From Fusobacteriota bacterium (GTDB taxonomy: Bacteria > Fusobacteriota > Fusobacteriia > Fusobacteriales > JBNJFI01): a stretch of DNA of 26,180 bases. A program made the translations under genes and the position numbers. This document shows positions 1 through 7,289 of the stretch, piece by piece (the stretch's first letter is position 1; each line of letters opens with the position of its first letter). The DNA is taken from the NCBI GenBank assembly GCA_051746725.1, contig JBNJFI010000023.1, positions 1 to 26,180 on the forward strand. The letters are read 5' to 3'. A model generated the notes under the pieces. That model did not search any database, was not told the DNA's origin, and worked only from the letters and a program-made list of their open reading frames with translations.

Positions 1-855
1 TTGCTTCCACCATTCTGAAACATAGTGAAGACTAGGTTCATAATTAACCATTATTTCTATATTTTTTCCTTTTCTATTTAAAATATTTCGAATTGCTGCA
101 TATTTATAACAAGAGTTATCTTTAAACGGAGCTTTTAAATCGTCCATTGCCTTTTTTGCTCCTGCCATTAATTTATCTATATCAACTCCAGCTACAGCAA
201 TAGGGAAAAGACCAACGGCAGTTAATATTGAAAATCTTCCTCCTACATTATCCGGTACAACAAATGTTTCATAACCTTTTTTCTCAGATAATTCTTTTAA
301 AGCCCCCTTTGATTTATCTGTAGTTGCAAATATTCTTCGATTTGCTTCTTCTTCACCATATTTTTCTTCTAAAAATTCTCTAAAAATTCTAAATGATATT
401 GCTGTTTCGGTAGTTGTTCCTGATTTAGAAATAACATTTATAGATACATCTTTATCTTGTATTAATTCTAATAAATCTTTTATATAAGTTGAACTCATAT
501 TATTTCCAACATAATATATTTCAGGATAATCTCTATCTTTTTTGCTTAAATTATTATGAAAACTATGAGTTAATGCTTCAATTGCTGCTCTAGCTCCTAA
601 ATAAGAACCTCCTATACCAATTACTAATAAAACATCTGAGTTTGCTTTAACCTCCTGGGCTGATTCCTTTATTCTTGCAAATTCTTCTTTATCATAATTT
701 TCTGGTAAATCTAACCAACCTAAAAACTCATTCCCTGGTCCACTTTTTTCTTCTAAAAGTTTTGCAGCATTATTTACTTGACCTTCCATATTATTAATTT
801 CTTTTTCGTTAAAAAAATCTACTGCTTTTGAATAATCCAAAGTAATTTTTGACAT
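1..855 (-). CDS. pgi: Glucose-6-phosphate isomerase, N-terminal part (runs off the left edge of the window)
   Basis: Not in the ORF track because it is truncated. Manual translation from ATG at 855: [63 protein letters not shown]...[20 protein letters not shown]...[16 protein letters not shown]...[23 protein letters not shown], which are PGI signature motifs. SD GGAGGA at 861-866. Confidence 0.95.
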   Translation of the reverse strand, partial: MSKITLDYSKAVDFFNEKEINNMEGQVNNAAKLLEEKSGPGNEFLGWLDLPENYDKEEFARIKESAQEVKANSDVLLVIGIGGSYLGARAAIEALTHSFHNNLSKKDRDYPEIYYVGNNMSSTYIKDLLELIQDKDVSINVISKSGTTTETAISFRIFREFLEEKYGEEEANRRIFATTDKSKGALKELSEKKGYETFVVPDNVGGRFSILTAVGLFPIAVAGVDIDKLMAGAKKAMDDLKAPFKDNSCYKYAAIRNILNRKGKNIEIMVNYEPSLHYVSEWWKQ

Positions 856-870
856 TTTTATCCTCCATTT

Positions 871-1599
871 TTATTTTTTAGTTAATTTTATCGCTTCATT
901 TAAATCCAATTTATTTTCATAAATAGCTTTTCCAGTTATAACTCCTTCTATTTTTGAGTTATTTAATTTCTTTAATATTTTTATATCTTCTATTGAAGAA
1001 ACTCCTCCTGAAACAACTATGTTGATTGAAGAATTTTCAATGATTTCTTTTATATGATCTAAACTTATTCCTTCTAACATACCATCTTTATCTATGTCTG
1101 TATAGATTATTGTCTGTACTCCTAGATCCTCCATCTCTTTTACTAAATCTAGAGTTTTTTTCTCACTTACTTCAACCCATCCTTTAATAGCAACCATTCC
1201 CTTTTTTGAATCAATACCAACAACTATCTTATCGCTTCCAAATTTTTTAACTGCTTTACCTACCAATTCAGGATTTTTAATGGCAACTGTTCCTAATATA
1301 ACTCTATCAATACCTAAATCTAGCCATTTTTCTATATGTTCTAGTTTTCTTATTCCTCCACCTAACTCTAATTTTATATTAACAGATTTTTTAATCTCTT
1401 GTATAACTTCTTGATTTTGAGACTTTCCCTTTAAAGCGCCATCTAAATCAACTATATGTATATATTCTGCACCTGCATTTTGAAATTTTTTAGCTATTTC
1501 CACAGGATTTTCAGAAAATACTTTTTCTTTATTAAAATCCCCTTTTTCTAACCTCACACATTTACCATTTTTAATATCTATTGCGGGAAAAATTATCAT
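871..1599 (-). CDS. hisA: ProFAR isomerase HisA
   Basis: PAIDIKNGKCVRL, HIVDLDGA, GGGIR, GIDSK, YTDIDKDG and SGGV motifs of the HisA (beta/alpha)8 barrel. SD AGGAGGA upstream. Confidence 0.95.
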   Translation of the reverse strand: MIIFPAIDIKNGKCVRLEKGDFNKEKVFSENPVEIAKKFQNAGAEYIHIVDLDGALKGKSQNQEVIQEIKKSVNIKLELGGGIRKLEHIEKWLDLGIDRVILGTVAIKNPELVGKAVKKFGSDKIVVGIDSKKGMVAIKGWVEVSEKKTLDLVKEMEDLGVQTIIYTDIDKDGMLEGISLDHIKEIIENSSINIVVSGGVSSIEDIKILKKLNNSKIEGVITGKAIYENKLDLNEAIKLTKK

Positions 1600-1611
1600 T
1601 TAGTCCTCCTA

Positions 1612-2301
1612 TTAAATTCCTTTTTTTCGTCTATTTCTTTGTAATTCAAACAGATAGGATATAATATTATCTCTGTCTTTTTTTCCAATATCTAAAAATT
1701 TAATGCCATAACCAAAATTTGCTTTATGATTTTTATCTAACTTATCTTTTCTTACTATATTAGATTTAACATTTTTATAGCAACTATTATCAGGTAAATC
1801 AAAGCTAACTTCTACTTCCTTAGTTTCTTCTACATCTTTATTACTCCAAAAATAAATTCCACCACCACTTAGATCAACTGAAATACCCTTGAATTCTTCA
1901 TACTCATCTTTTTTGTTTTTATCTTTACTTTTAGAGTCTATTTTATATCTCAAGTTTAAAAGTAAATTTATTGGAATTCTTACGAAATTTCGTCTTTGTA
2001 TTCTTTTTATATCTTCAGGGTATTTAATTTTGAAATAAGCATAAGGTTTCCTTCCTCTTGCCAATATAATAGCATTAAATGCATATACCGCATCATCTAA
2101 GGTCATTCTAATTTGAATTTTGCTTTTTATTCTCAAAGGAATAATTGTACCTTTTTCAATAGGGAGTCCTATTTTAAGATATTTTCCATCCTTTGATTCT
2201 TCAATATCATCGATTCTAGAATAATAATTACCTTTATATTTAGGATCTCGTAATACCTCTATCTCTACATTTCGACCTAACTCTATTATGTCTTTTCCCA
2301 T
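1612..2301 (-). CDS. YcgR/DgrA-like c-di-GMP-binding protein (N-terminal YcgR-type domain + PilZ domain)
   Basis: PilZ motifs QRRNFVR (RxxxR) and DLSGGG (D/NxSxxG). The N-terminal YYSRIDD...IGLPIEKG segment and 229 aa length resemble the Firmicute flagellar-brake family. Confidence 0.85.
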   Translation of the reverse strand: MGKDIIELGRNVEIEVLRDPKYKGNYYSRIDDIEESKDGKYLKIGLPIEKGTIIPLRIKSKIQIRMTLDDAVYAFNAIILARGRKPYAYFKIKYPEDIKRIQRRNFVRIPINLLLNLRYKIDSKSKDKNKKDEYEEFKGISVDLSGGGIYFWSNKDVEETKEVEVSFDLPDNSCYKNVKSNIVRKDKLDKNHKANFGYGIKFLDIGKKDRDNIISYLFELQRNRRKKGI

Positions 2302-2313
2302 TTATTACCCCTT

Positions 2314-3957
2314 TTAAAATTTCATGTCTATTCCTAGCGAAACCATATCTCCGTTTTGGATAATCCCTTTCTCTCTGTCAAAATTCATATTATAATAATC
2401 CCCATCTATGTTCTTTTTTATATCATTATACATATCATATTTTTTTTCCATATATTTTATGTATATTTCGATATCTTCATTTATCTTATAATATGGCATA
2501 ATATAAGTTATCGTTTTTCTGTCCTTACTTTCTTGCATTGTTTTATCCAAATAACTCATTTTTATACCATATTTTTCTTTTATATTATATTTTAATTTTG
2601 CTATTAATTCCATATATTCATATTTATGTATATCTTCTTCTCCCAATTTTACATCTTCTTTTTCAATTCTTATTTTATTAATTTCAAACCTAATATTAGA
2701 ATTTTCTGTTATATTTTCAAGTTTGATTTTATTATTATACAAGAAACTTGAATTTATAGGAGTATCTAATATTTCTAATTCATATCCCAAATAGCTACCT
2801 TCTATTACTTCATAATCGGCTTTCCCAAAAAAGTTATTATATATAGCTTCATTTTCTATTTTATGTTCGTACCCTATTTTAAATTTTTTCTTCTTATCAC
2901 TATAATCTATTTGAGATAGAGCATATTTATAATTTTTTTTGTTTTCTTCTTCTTTTTTTTCCTCGTTAACATATGAAATTGAAATATTATAATTTTCTAA
3001 CTCAGGATAAACAATACTCAATTCATAGTTATTTAAAACATCCTCAAAATTTCTTTGATAATAACTTTTTAAATATTTAGTATTCAAATCTAATAAAAGC
3101 TCCACTCTATCGTTTTTTTCTTCAGAATAAATTTTTATTATATCTGATTCTATTGCTATGTTATTTGAAGAAAACCTATTTTTATCTAAATCATAATTAT
3201 TATAGTTTAAAGTTTTACTATAACTACTTATGTCTGTTATATAATCTCCTAAGTGAAATCCAATCTCCAAATTATCAGATAATTCTCGTCTACCTTTTGC
3301 ATTTACATCAATTTCTTGTTGTGATATTTTGGATAATAAAATCTCCCCTTGATCTAAAGAATATTTTAATTGTAATTCATAATCTTTTTTGTATTTTAAA
3401 TCTTCTTGTTCACTGGAATCTTTTTTGAGATTATTTTTTATTAATTCACTTCTAAAATTTATACTTACATTTCCAAAGTTATTATACGACGGATTTTTTA
3501 TAGACTTTTCCGTATTTTTATCTGTTTTTTTTAACATTTCATTTATTTTTGCTATTTTTCTTTCATTTTCCTTAATTTTTTCATTTGTAGGTTCTATATT
3601 GTTTTGTAATCTATCTATTTTTGATTTATAATTTTCAATATCCATTCCAAATTCATTTAGTTCATTTGAAAATTCATATATAAGATTTTCTATAATTAGA
3701 AGATCATCTTTATCTGCTTTAGTTTCATCTAATTTATTTAATACTTTAGATAAATAATATACTAAATCATTTTTAGTAGTTTTTACTTCCCCATTAAAAT
3801 AATCGGAATCAACTTCTAATATTCCCTTATTTATTAAATTCTCTATTGAATAATAAGCCCAATGCTCCTTACTTACATCTCGGTAAGTAGTATCATCTGA
3901 TGATATTATCTGAATAGATGTTATTAGTATAAATAAAATAATTAATATCCTTTTCAT
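2314..3957 (-). CDS. Secreted protein with N-terminal SLH domain, coiled-coil stalk and probable C-terminal outer-membrane beta-barrel (OmpM/SlpA-like)
   Basis: Start at ATG 3957 preferred (SD AAAGGA; signal peptide MKRILIILFILITSIQIIS). SLH-like YRDVSKEHWAYYSIENLINKGIL..FNGEVKTTKNDL. Stalk motif LIYEFSNELNEFG followed by heptads. Many alternating hydrophobic/Tyr strands and a C-terminal Phe (VSLGIDMKF). Confidence 0.7.
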   Translation of the reverse strand: MKRILIILFILITSIQIISSDDTTYRDVSKEHWAYYSIENLINKGILEVDSDYFNGEVKTTKNDLVYYLSKVLNKLDETKADKDDLLIIENLIYEFSNELNEFGMDIENYKSKIDRLQNNIEPTNEKIKENERKIAKINEMLKKTDKNTEKSIKNPSYNNFGNVSINFRSELIKNNLKKDSSEQEDLKYKKDYELQLKYSLDQGEILLSKISQQEIDVNAKGRRELSDNLEIGFHLGDYITDISSYSKTLNYNNYDLDKNRFSSNNIAIESDIIKIYSEEKNDRVELLLDLNTKYLKSYYQRNFEDVLNNYELSIVYPELENYNISISYVNEEKKEEENKKNYKYALSQIDYSDKKKKFKIGYEHKIENEAIYNNFFGKADYEVIEGSYLGYELEILDTPINSSFLYNNKIKLENITENSNIRFEINKIRIEKEDVKLGEEDIHKYEYMELIAKLKYNIKEKYGIKMSYLDKTMQESKDRKTITYIMPYYKINEDIEIYIKYMEKKYDMYNDIKKNIDGDYYNMNFDREKGIIQNGDMVSLGIDMKF

Positions 3958-4004
3958 TTTTATTCCTTTCATAGAAATATTTATTTTATTATGATTCCTT
4001 TATA

Positions 4005-4033
4005 ATTATATCATAATGATTTTTATTTTTCAA
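4005..4033 (-). promoter_or_regulatory. Sigma70-type promoter for the SLH protein-PilZ-hisA-pgi cluster
   Basis: Minus strand TTGAAA (4033-4028), 17 bp spacer, TATAAT (4010-4005) with extended -10 TGn. Confidence 0.7.
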
Positions 4034-4101
4034 TAATTAATTATTGAAGATACTTGGGTTTTTAATAATTATAGTATTTATTTTAAATTTTTAAAGATAA
4101 T

Positions 4102-4140
4102 AAAAAAGCGTAAAATTTTATAATAAAATTTTACGCTTTT
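4102..4140 (-). terminator. Intrinsic terminator downstream of tRNA-Gln (possibly bidirectional)
   Basis: Perfect inverted repeat AAAAGCGTAAAATTTTA-TAA-TAAAATTTTACGCTTTT, with a T-run on the minus strand. Confidence 0.75.
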
Positions 4141-4171
4141 GGTTTATTTTTTTATTTATGATTTTTTTTGT

Positions 4172-4246
4172 TGGCTGGGCTGGCTGGATTCGAACCAGCG
4201 AATAATGGCGTCAAAGGCCAGTGCCTTACCACTTGGCGACAGCCCA
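4172..4246 (-). tRNA. tRNA-Gln (UUG)
   Basis: TGGGCTGTCGCCAAGTGGTAAGGCACTGGCCTTTGACGCCATTATTCGCTGGTTCGAATCCAGCCAGCCCAGCCA: 75 nt cloverleaf, anticodon loop CTTTGAC, T-loop TTCGAAT, encoded CCA, U1-A72 pair. Confidence 0.97.
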
Positions 4247-4266
4247 ATTTTGCAACAACGAATATG

Positions 4267-4295
4267 ATTATACTATATCTTTTATATTTTGTCAA
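4267..4295 (-). promoter_or_regulatory. Consensus sigma70 promoter of tRNA-Gln
   Basis: TTGACA (4295-4290), 17 bp spacer, TATAAT (4272-4267), about 20 bp upstream of the tRNA. Confidence 0.9.
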
Positions 4296-4343
4296 GCCCT
4301 TTTTCAGGTTTTCCAACAAAAATTATAGCTATCTTAACTAGGT

Positions 4344-4616
4344 TTACTCTTTTTCGTCTAATGCTTTTTCATATTCTTTTATTACTGTTTCATTTATTGA
4401 ATTTCTCATTTCTGTCTTTATTGGATGGGCTATATCTTTAAACTCGCCATTTGGCATTCTTCTAGATGGCATTGCTACAAACATTCCATTATCTCCATCT
4501 ATTACTTTTAATCCGTGTATAACAAAAATATTATCAAATGTTATATCTGCAAATGCTTTTAATTTAGAATCCTCATCAGTATTAGCCAATCTAAGTCTTA
4601 CTTCTGTAATTTCCAT
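4344..4616 (-). CDS. spoVG: SpoVG family nucleic-acid-binding protein
   Basis: MEITEVRLR...LKAFADITFDNIFVIHGLKVIDGDNGMFVAMPSRRMPNGEFKDIAHPI. ATG 4616 preferred by SD spacing (AGGTG). Confidence 0.95.
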   Translation of the reverse strand: MEITEVRLRLANTDEDSKLKAFADITFDNIFVIHGLKVIDGDNGMFVAMPSRRMPNGEFKDIAHPIKTEMRNSINETVIKEYEKALDEKE

Positions 4617-4620
4617 CAAT

Positions 4621-5511
4621 TTACACCTTTCCTTTCGTTGATTTAATTTTTGATTTTATTATATTTATATTTTTTAATTCTCTTTTTAATTTTATATATA
4701 TTTCATCTATTTTTTCATCTTTAACAAAAGTATAATAAGTTGTTCCACTCCCTGTCATAAAAAAATTACATTCATCTAAATAATCTAATTTTTCTAATCT
4801 TCTTTGAAATTCATATAATTTATTATTACTTTTTAATAAAGCTTCTTGTAAATTGTTTTGTATATTTTTTTTTACTAATCCAAGATTATTATTCTCTAAT
4901 CCTTTTTTGATTAGTTCTAAATTTGCTTTTTTGTAGTTTTTTTTCATAGAAAAACTTTTATATCCCTCTTTAGCACTAATTCCAAATTTAGGTTTTATTA
5001 AAATAATAGAACTTAATAAATTATTAGGAATAATTTCTATTTTTTCTCCAATACCTCTTACAATGGATGTTTTATTTTTTATAAAAAAAGGAATATCTGC
5101 ACCTATAGTTTTGCTTAATTTTATCATACTTTTTTCAGATAAAATATTATTATGATATTTATTTAAAATTTTAAGAAAACATCCTCCATTACTACTTCCA
5201 CCACCTAGTCCTGCTTCAGATGGTATTTTTTTAGTTAATTTTATATGCATCTTCTGATTTTCAATACCTGTAATTTTATAAAATTTTTCATATATTTTAT
5301 ATATAATATTATCTCGTCCAGTAGGAATATCTTTTTTGTTGCAAGTTATGCTTAAATCTCCCTTTTTTGAAAAAAAAGTAACTTCTATAATATCTGATAA
5401 AGTAATTGGAACCATTATCATTTCTAGATTATGATACCCATCTTCTCTTTTTCCTAAAACATTTAATCCTATGTTTATCTTTGCATTACTTTTTTGTGTT
5501 ACCACCTTCAT
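4621..5511 (-). CDS. ispE: 4-diphosphocytidyl-2-C-methyl-D-erythritol kinase
   Basis: AKINIGLNV..KREDGYH, KKIPSEAGLGGGSSN (GHMP motif), GADIPFF, MTGSG. Confidence 0.95.
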   Translation of the reverse strand: MKVVTQKSNAKINIGLNVLGKREDGYHNLEMIMVPITLSDIIEVTFFSKKGDLSITCNKKDIPTGRDNIIYKIYEKFYKITGIENQKMHIKLTKKIPSEAGLGGGSSNGGCFLKILNKYHNNILSEKSMIKLSKTIGADIPFFIKNKTSIVRGIGEKIEIIPNNLLSSIILIKPKFGISAKEGYKSFSMKKNYKKANLELIKKGLENNNLGLVKKNIQNNLQEALLKSNNKLYEFQRRLEKLDYLDECNFFMTGSGTTYYTFVKDEKIDEIYIKLKRELKNINIIKSKIKSTKGKV

Positions 5512-5523
5512 ACAACCACCCCA

Positions 5524-5552
5524 AGTATATCATTTTTTTTATAAAAAATCAA
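5524..5552 (-). promoter_or_regulatory. Putative ispE-spoVG promoter overlapping the rlmD terminator
   Basis: TTGATT (5552-5547), 17 bp spacer, TATACT (5529-5524) with extended -10 TGn. Confidence 0.55.
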
Positions 5553-5587
5553 CACTAACTTTTTTGTATATAAGTTAGTGTTGATTT
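5541..5587 (-). terminator. Intrinsic terminator after rlmD
   Basis: 16-bp inverted repeat AAATCAACACTAACTT / AAGTTAGTGTTGATTT with a T-run on the minus strand, starting 12 bp after the rlmD stop. Confidence 0.75.
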
Positions 5588-5598
5588 ATATTATTTTA

Positions 5599-6957
5599 TT
5601 ATTTTTCTTTTATCTTTTCTAATTTTACACAATTTTCAATATGAATAGAATGAGGAAACATATCAATAGGTTGAACCTCTTTAATACTATATCCATTCTC
5701 GCTTAAATATTTTAAATCTCTAGCTAATGTAGATGGCTTACATGATACATATATAACTTTTTTGACTTCCATATCTACTATAGTTTTTAATAATTTTTCA
5801 TCGCACCCCTGTCTTGGTGGATCAACAATTACTAAGTCAGCCTTTACACCTCTATTATATAACTTAGGTATTACGTTTTCAGCTTTACCATTTATAAAAA
5901 TTGCATTATTTATGTTATTTAATTTTGCATTTTCATTGGCATCAGAAATTGCCTCTTCTACAACTTCAACTCCATATATTTTTTTAGCTTTATTGGCTAA
6001 AAAAAGACCTATTGTACCAGTACCTGAATAAAGATCAAAAATTACTTCTTCTCCTTTTAAGTTTGCAAATTCCAAAACTTTATTATATAATTTTTGAGTT
6101 TGTTTGTCATTTATTTGATAAAATGAATGAGGAGATATTTTAAATTTCATATCGTTTAATATATCTATTATGTATTCATCTCCATATATTTTTATATTTT
6201 TATCTCCTAAGCCTTCTTTATTTTTATAATTTATATTTTGAATTATACTTTTTATATTATCATTACTTGATAAAGTCTTTATTATTAAATTTTTATATGG
6301 CAAAGTTTCTCCATTAGTAACTAAAATAACCATTATATTTTTTGTCTGTTCAGAAACTCTTATTATTAATTCTTTGATTATTCCTTTACCTGTTTTATTG
6401 TCATAAACAGATATTTTATTTTTCTTTATTAGTTTACTTAATTGTAATAATATCTTATTAATTAAATCATTTTGAATTACACATTCTTTTATGTCTACTA
6501 CATTATTTGTTCTCTTTTTATAAAACCCAATCTTTGTTTTTTTATTTTCCTTTTCTATTTTAAACTGTGCTTTATTTCTATAATTATAAGGTTTTTTCAT
6601 TTTTATTACTTCATTTATTTTTATATTATTTAATTTTCCAATTCTTATTAAATCATTTTTTATTTTTTCTTTTTTTAATTTAAGTTGCTCAATATATTTT
6701 ATATTTTGAATTTGACAACCACCACAGTCATAGAAATAATTACATTTTGGTTTAACTTTGCTAGATGACTCACTGTGAATTTCTATTAATTTTGCTTTTG
6801 CATAATTTTGCTTTTTCTTTAATATTTTAACCTTTAATATATCTCCTGGAATCCCTCTATTTATGAAAAAAGTAAATCCATCTTTTTTGCCAATTGCATC
6901 ACCTTTATAACCTATATCAACTACTTTTATATTTTCTATTATATCACCTTTTTTGAT
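5599..6957 (-). CDS. rlmD: 23S rRNA m5U methyltransferase RlmD/RlmCD (TrmA family), ~452 aa; start codon non-canonical or uncertain
   Basis: The track ORF (5599-6600) lacks the N-terminus. The frame stays open upstream and encodes the TRAM domain (IKKGDIIENIKVVDIGYKGDAIGKKDGFTFFINRGIPGD) and the Fe-S motif KCNYFYDCGGCQIQ. C-terminal motifs SFYQIN, DLYSGTGTIG, DPPRQG and YVSCKPSTLARD. No ATG/GTG/TTG in frame between 6601 and the upstream in-frame stop at 6997-6999. Confidence 0.9.
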   Translation of the reverse strand: MKKGDIIENIKVVDIGYKGDAIGKKDGFTFFINRGIPGDILKVKILKKKQNYAKAKLIEIHSESSSKVKPKCNYFYDCGGCQIQNIKYIEQLKLKKEKIKNDLIRIGKLNNIKINEVIKMKKPYNYRNKAQFKIEKENKKTKIGFYKKRTNNVVDIKECVIQNDLINKILLQLSKLIKKNKISVYDNKTGKGIIKELIIRVSEQTKNIMVILVTNGETLPYKNLIIKTLSSNDNIKSIIQNINYKNKEGLGDKNIKIYGDEYIIDILNDMKFKISPHSFYQINDKQTQKLYNKVLEFANLKGEEVIFDLYSGTGTIGLFLANKAKKIYGVEVVEEAISDANENAKLNNINNAIFINGKAENVIPKLYNRGVKADLVIVDPPRQGCDEKLLKTIVDMEVKKVIYVSCKPSTLARDLKYLSENGYSIKEVQPIDMFPHSIHIENCVKLEKIKEK

Positions 6958-6974
6958 ATCAATCTCTCCATTCT

Positions 6975-7217
6975 CTAAATTATATCTATTAGCTTTTTAG
7001 CTTCAGATTTTTTTATATTTCCTGTTGGTATATCTTTTATTTTAGCTTTTATAGTTTTATTAAAGTATTCAACCTCTAGTTCATCTCCTATACTAACTTT
7101 TGTAGAGGCCTTTGCTACTTTTCCATTAACTTTTACATTTCCATTATCTGATACCTTTTTTGCAATTGGTCTCCTTTTTATTATTCTCGAAACTTTTAAA
7201 AATTTATCTAATCTCAC
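6975..7217 (-). CDS. S4-domain RNA-binding protein (YabO/RqcP, Hsp15-like)
   Basis: MRLDKFLKVSRIIKRRPIAKKVSDNGNVKVNGKVAKAS. GTG at 7217 follows SD AGGAGG; the track's longer start lies inside a hairpin. Confidence 0.9.
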   Translation of the reverse strand: MRLDKFLKVSRIIKRRPIAKKVSDNGNVKVNGKVAKASTKVSIGDELEVEYFNKTIKAKIKDIPTGNIKKSEAKKLIDII

Positions 7218-7234
7218 AATTCCTCCTTTTTTAT

Positions 7235-7270
7235 TAAAGTAGCTAGCATCCAAGGATGCTAGCTACTTTA
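7235..7270. terminator. Perfect 17-bp hairpin between the PPIase and S4 genes (terminator or mRNA-stabilising stem)
   Basis: TAAAGTAGCTAGCATCC-AA-GGATGCTAGCTACTTTA; only a short U-tract on either strand. Confidence 0.6.
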
Positions 7271-7289
7271 TATCTTCTTTTATTTTTTT

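Noticed and set aside
2356..3631. Plus-strand ORFs 2356-2595, 3153-3428 and 3389-3631
   Set aside because: Antisense shadows of the SLH/beta-barrel gene; F/I/L-rich composition expected from reverse-complemented A-rich codons.
4034..4172. Genomic island integrated at the tRNA-Gln 3' end
   Set aside because: No integrase or duplicated tRNA end is visible; downstream genes include housekeeping hisA and pgi with similar composition.
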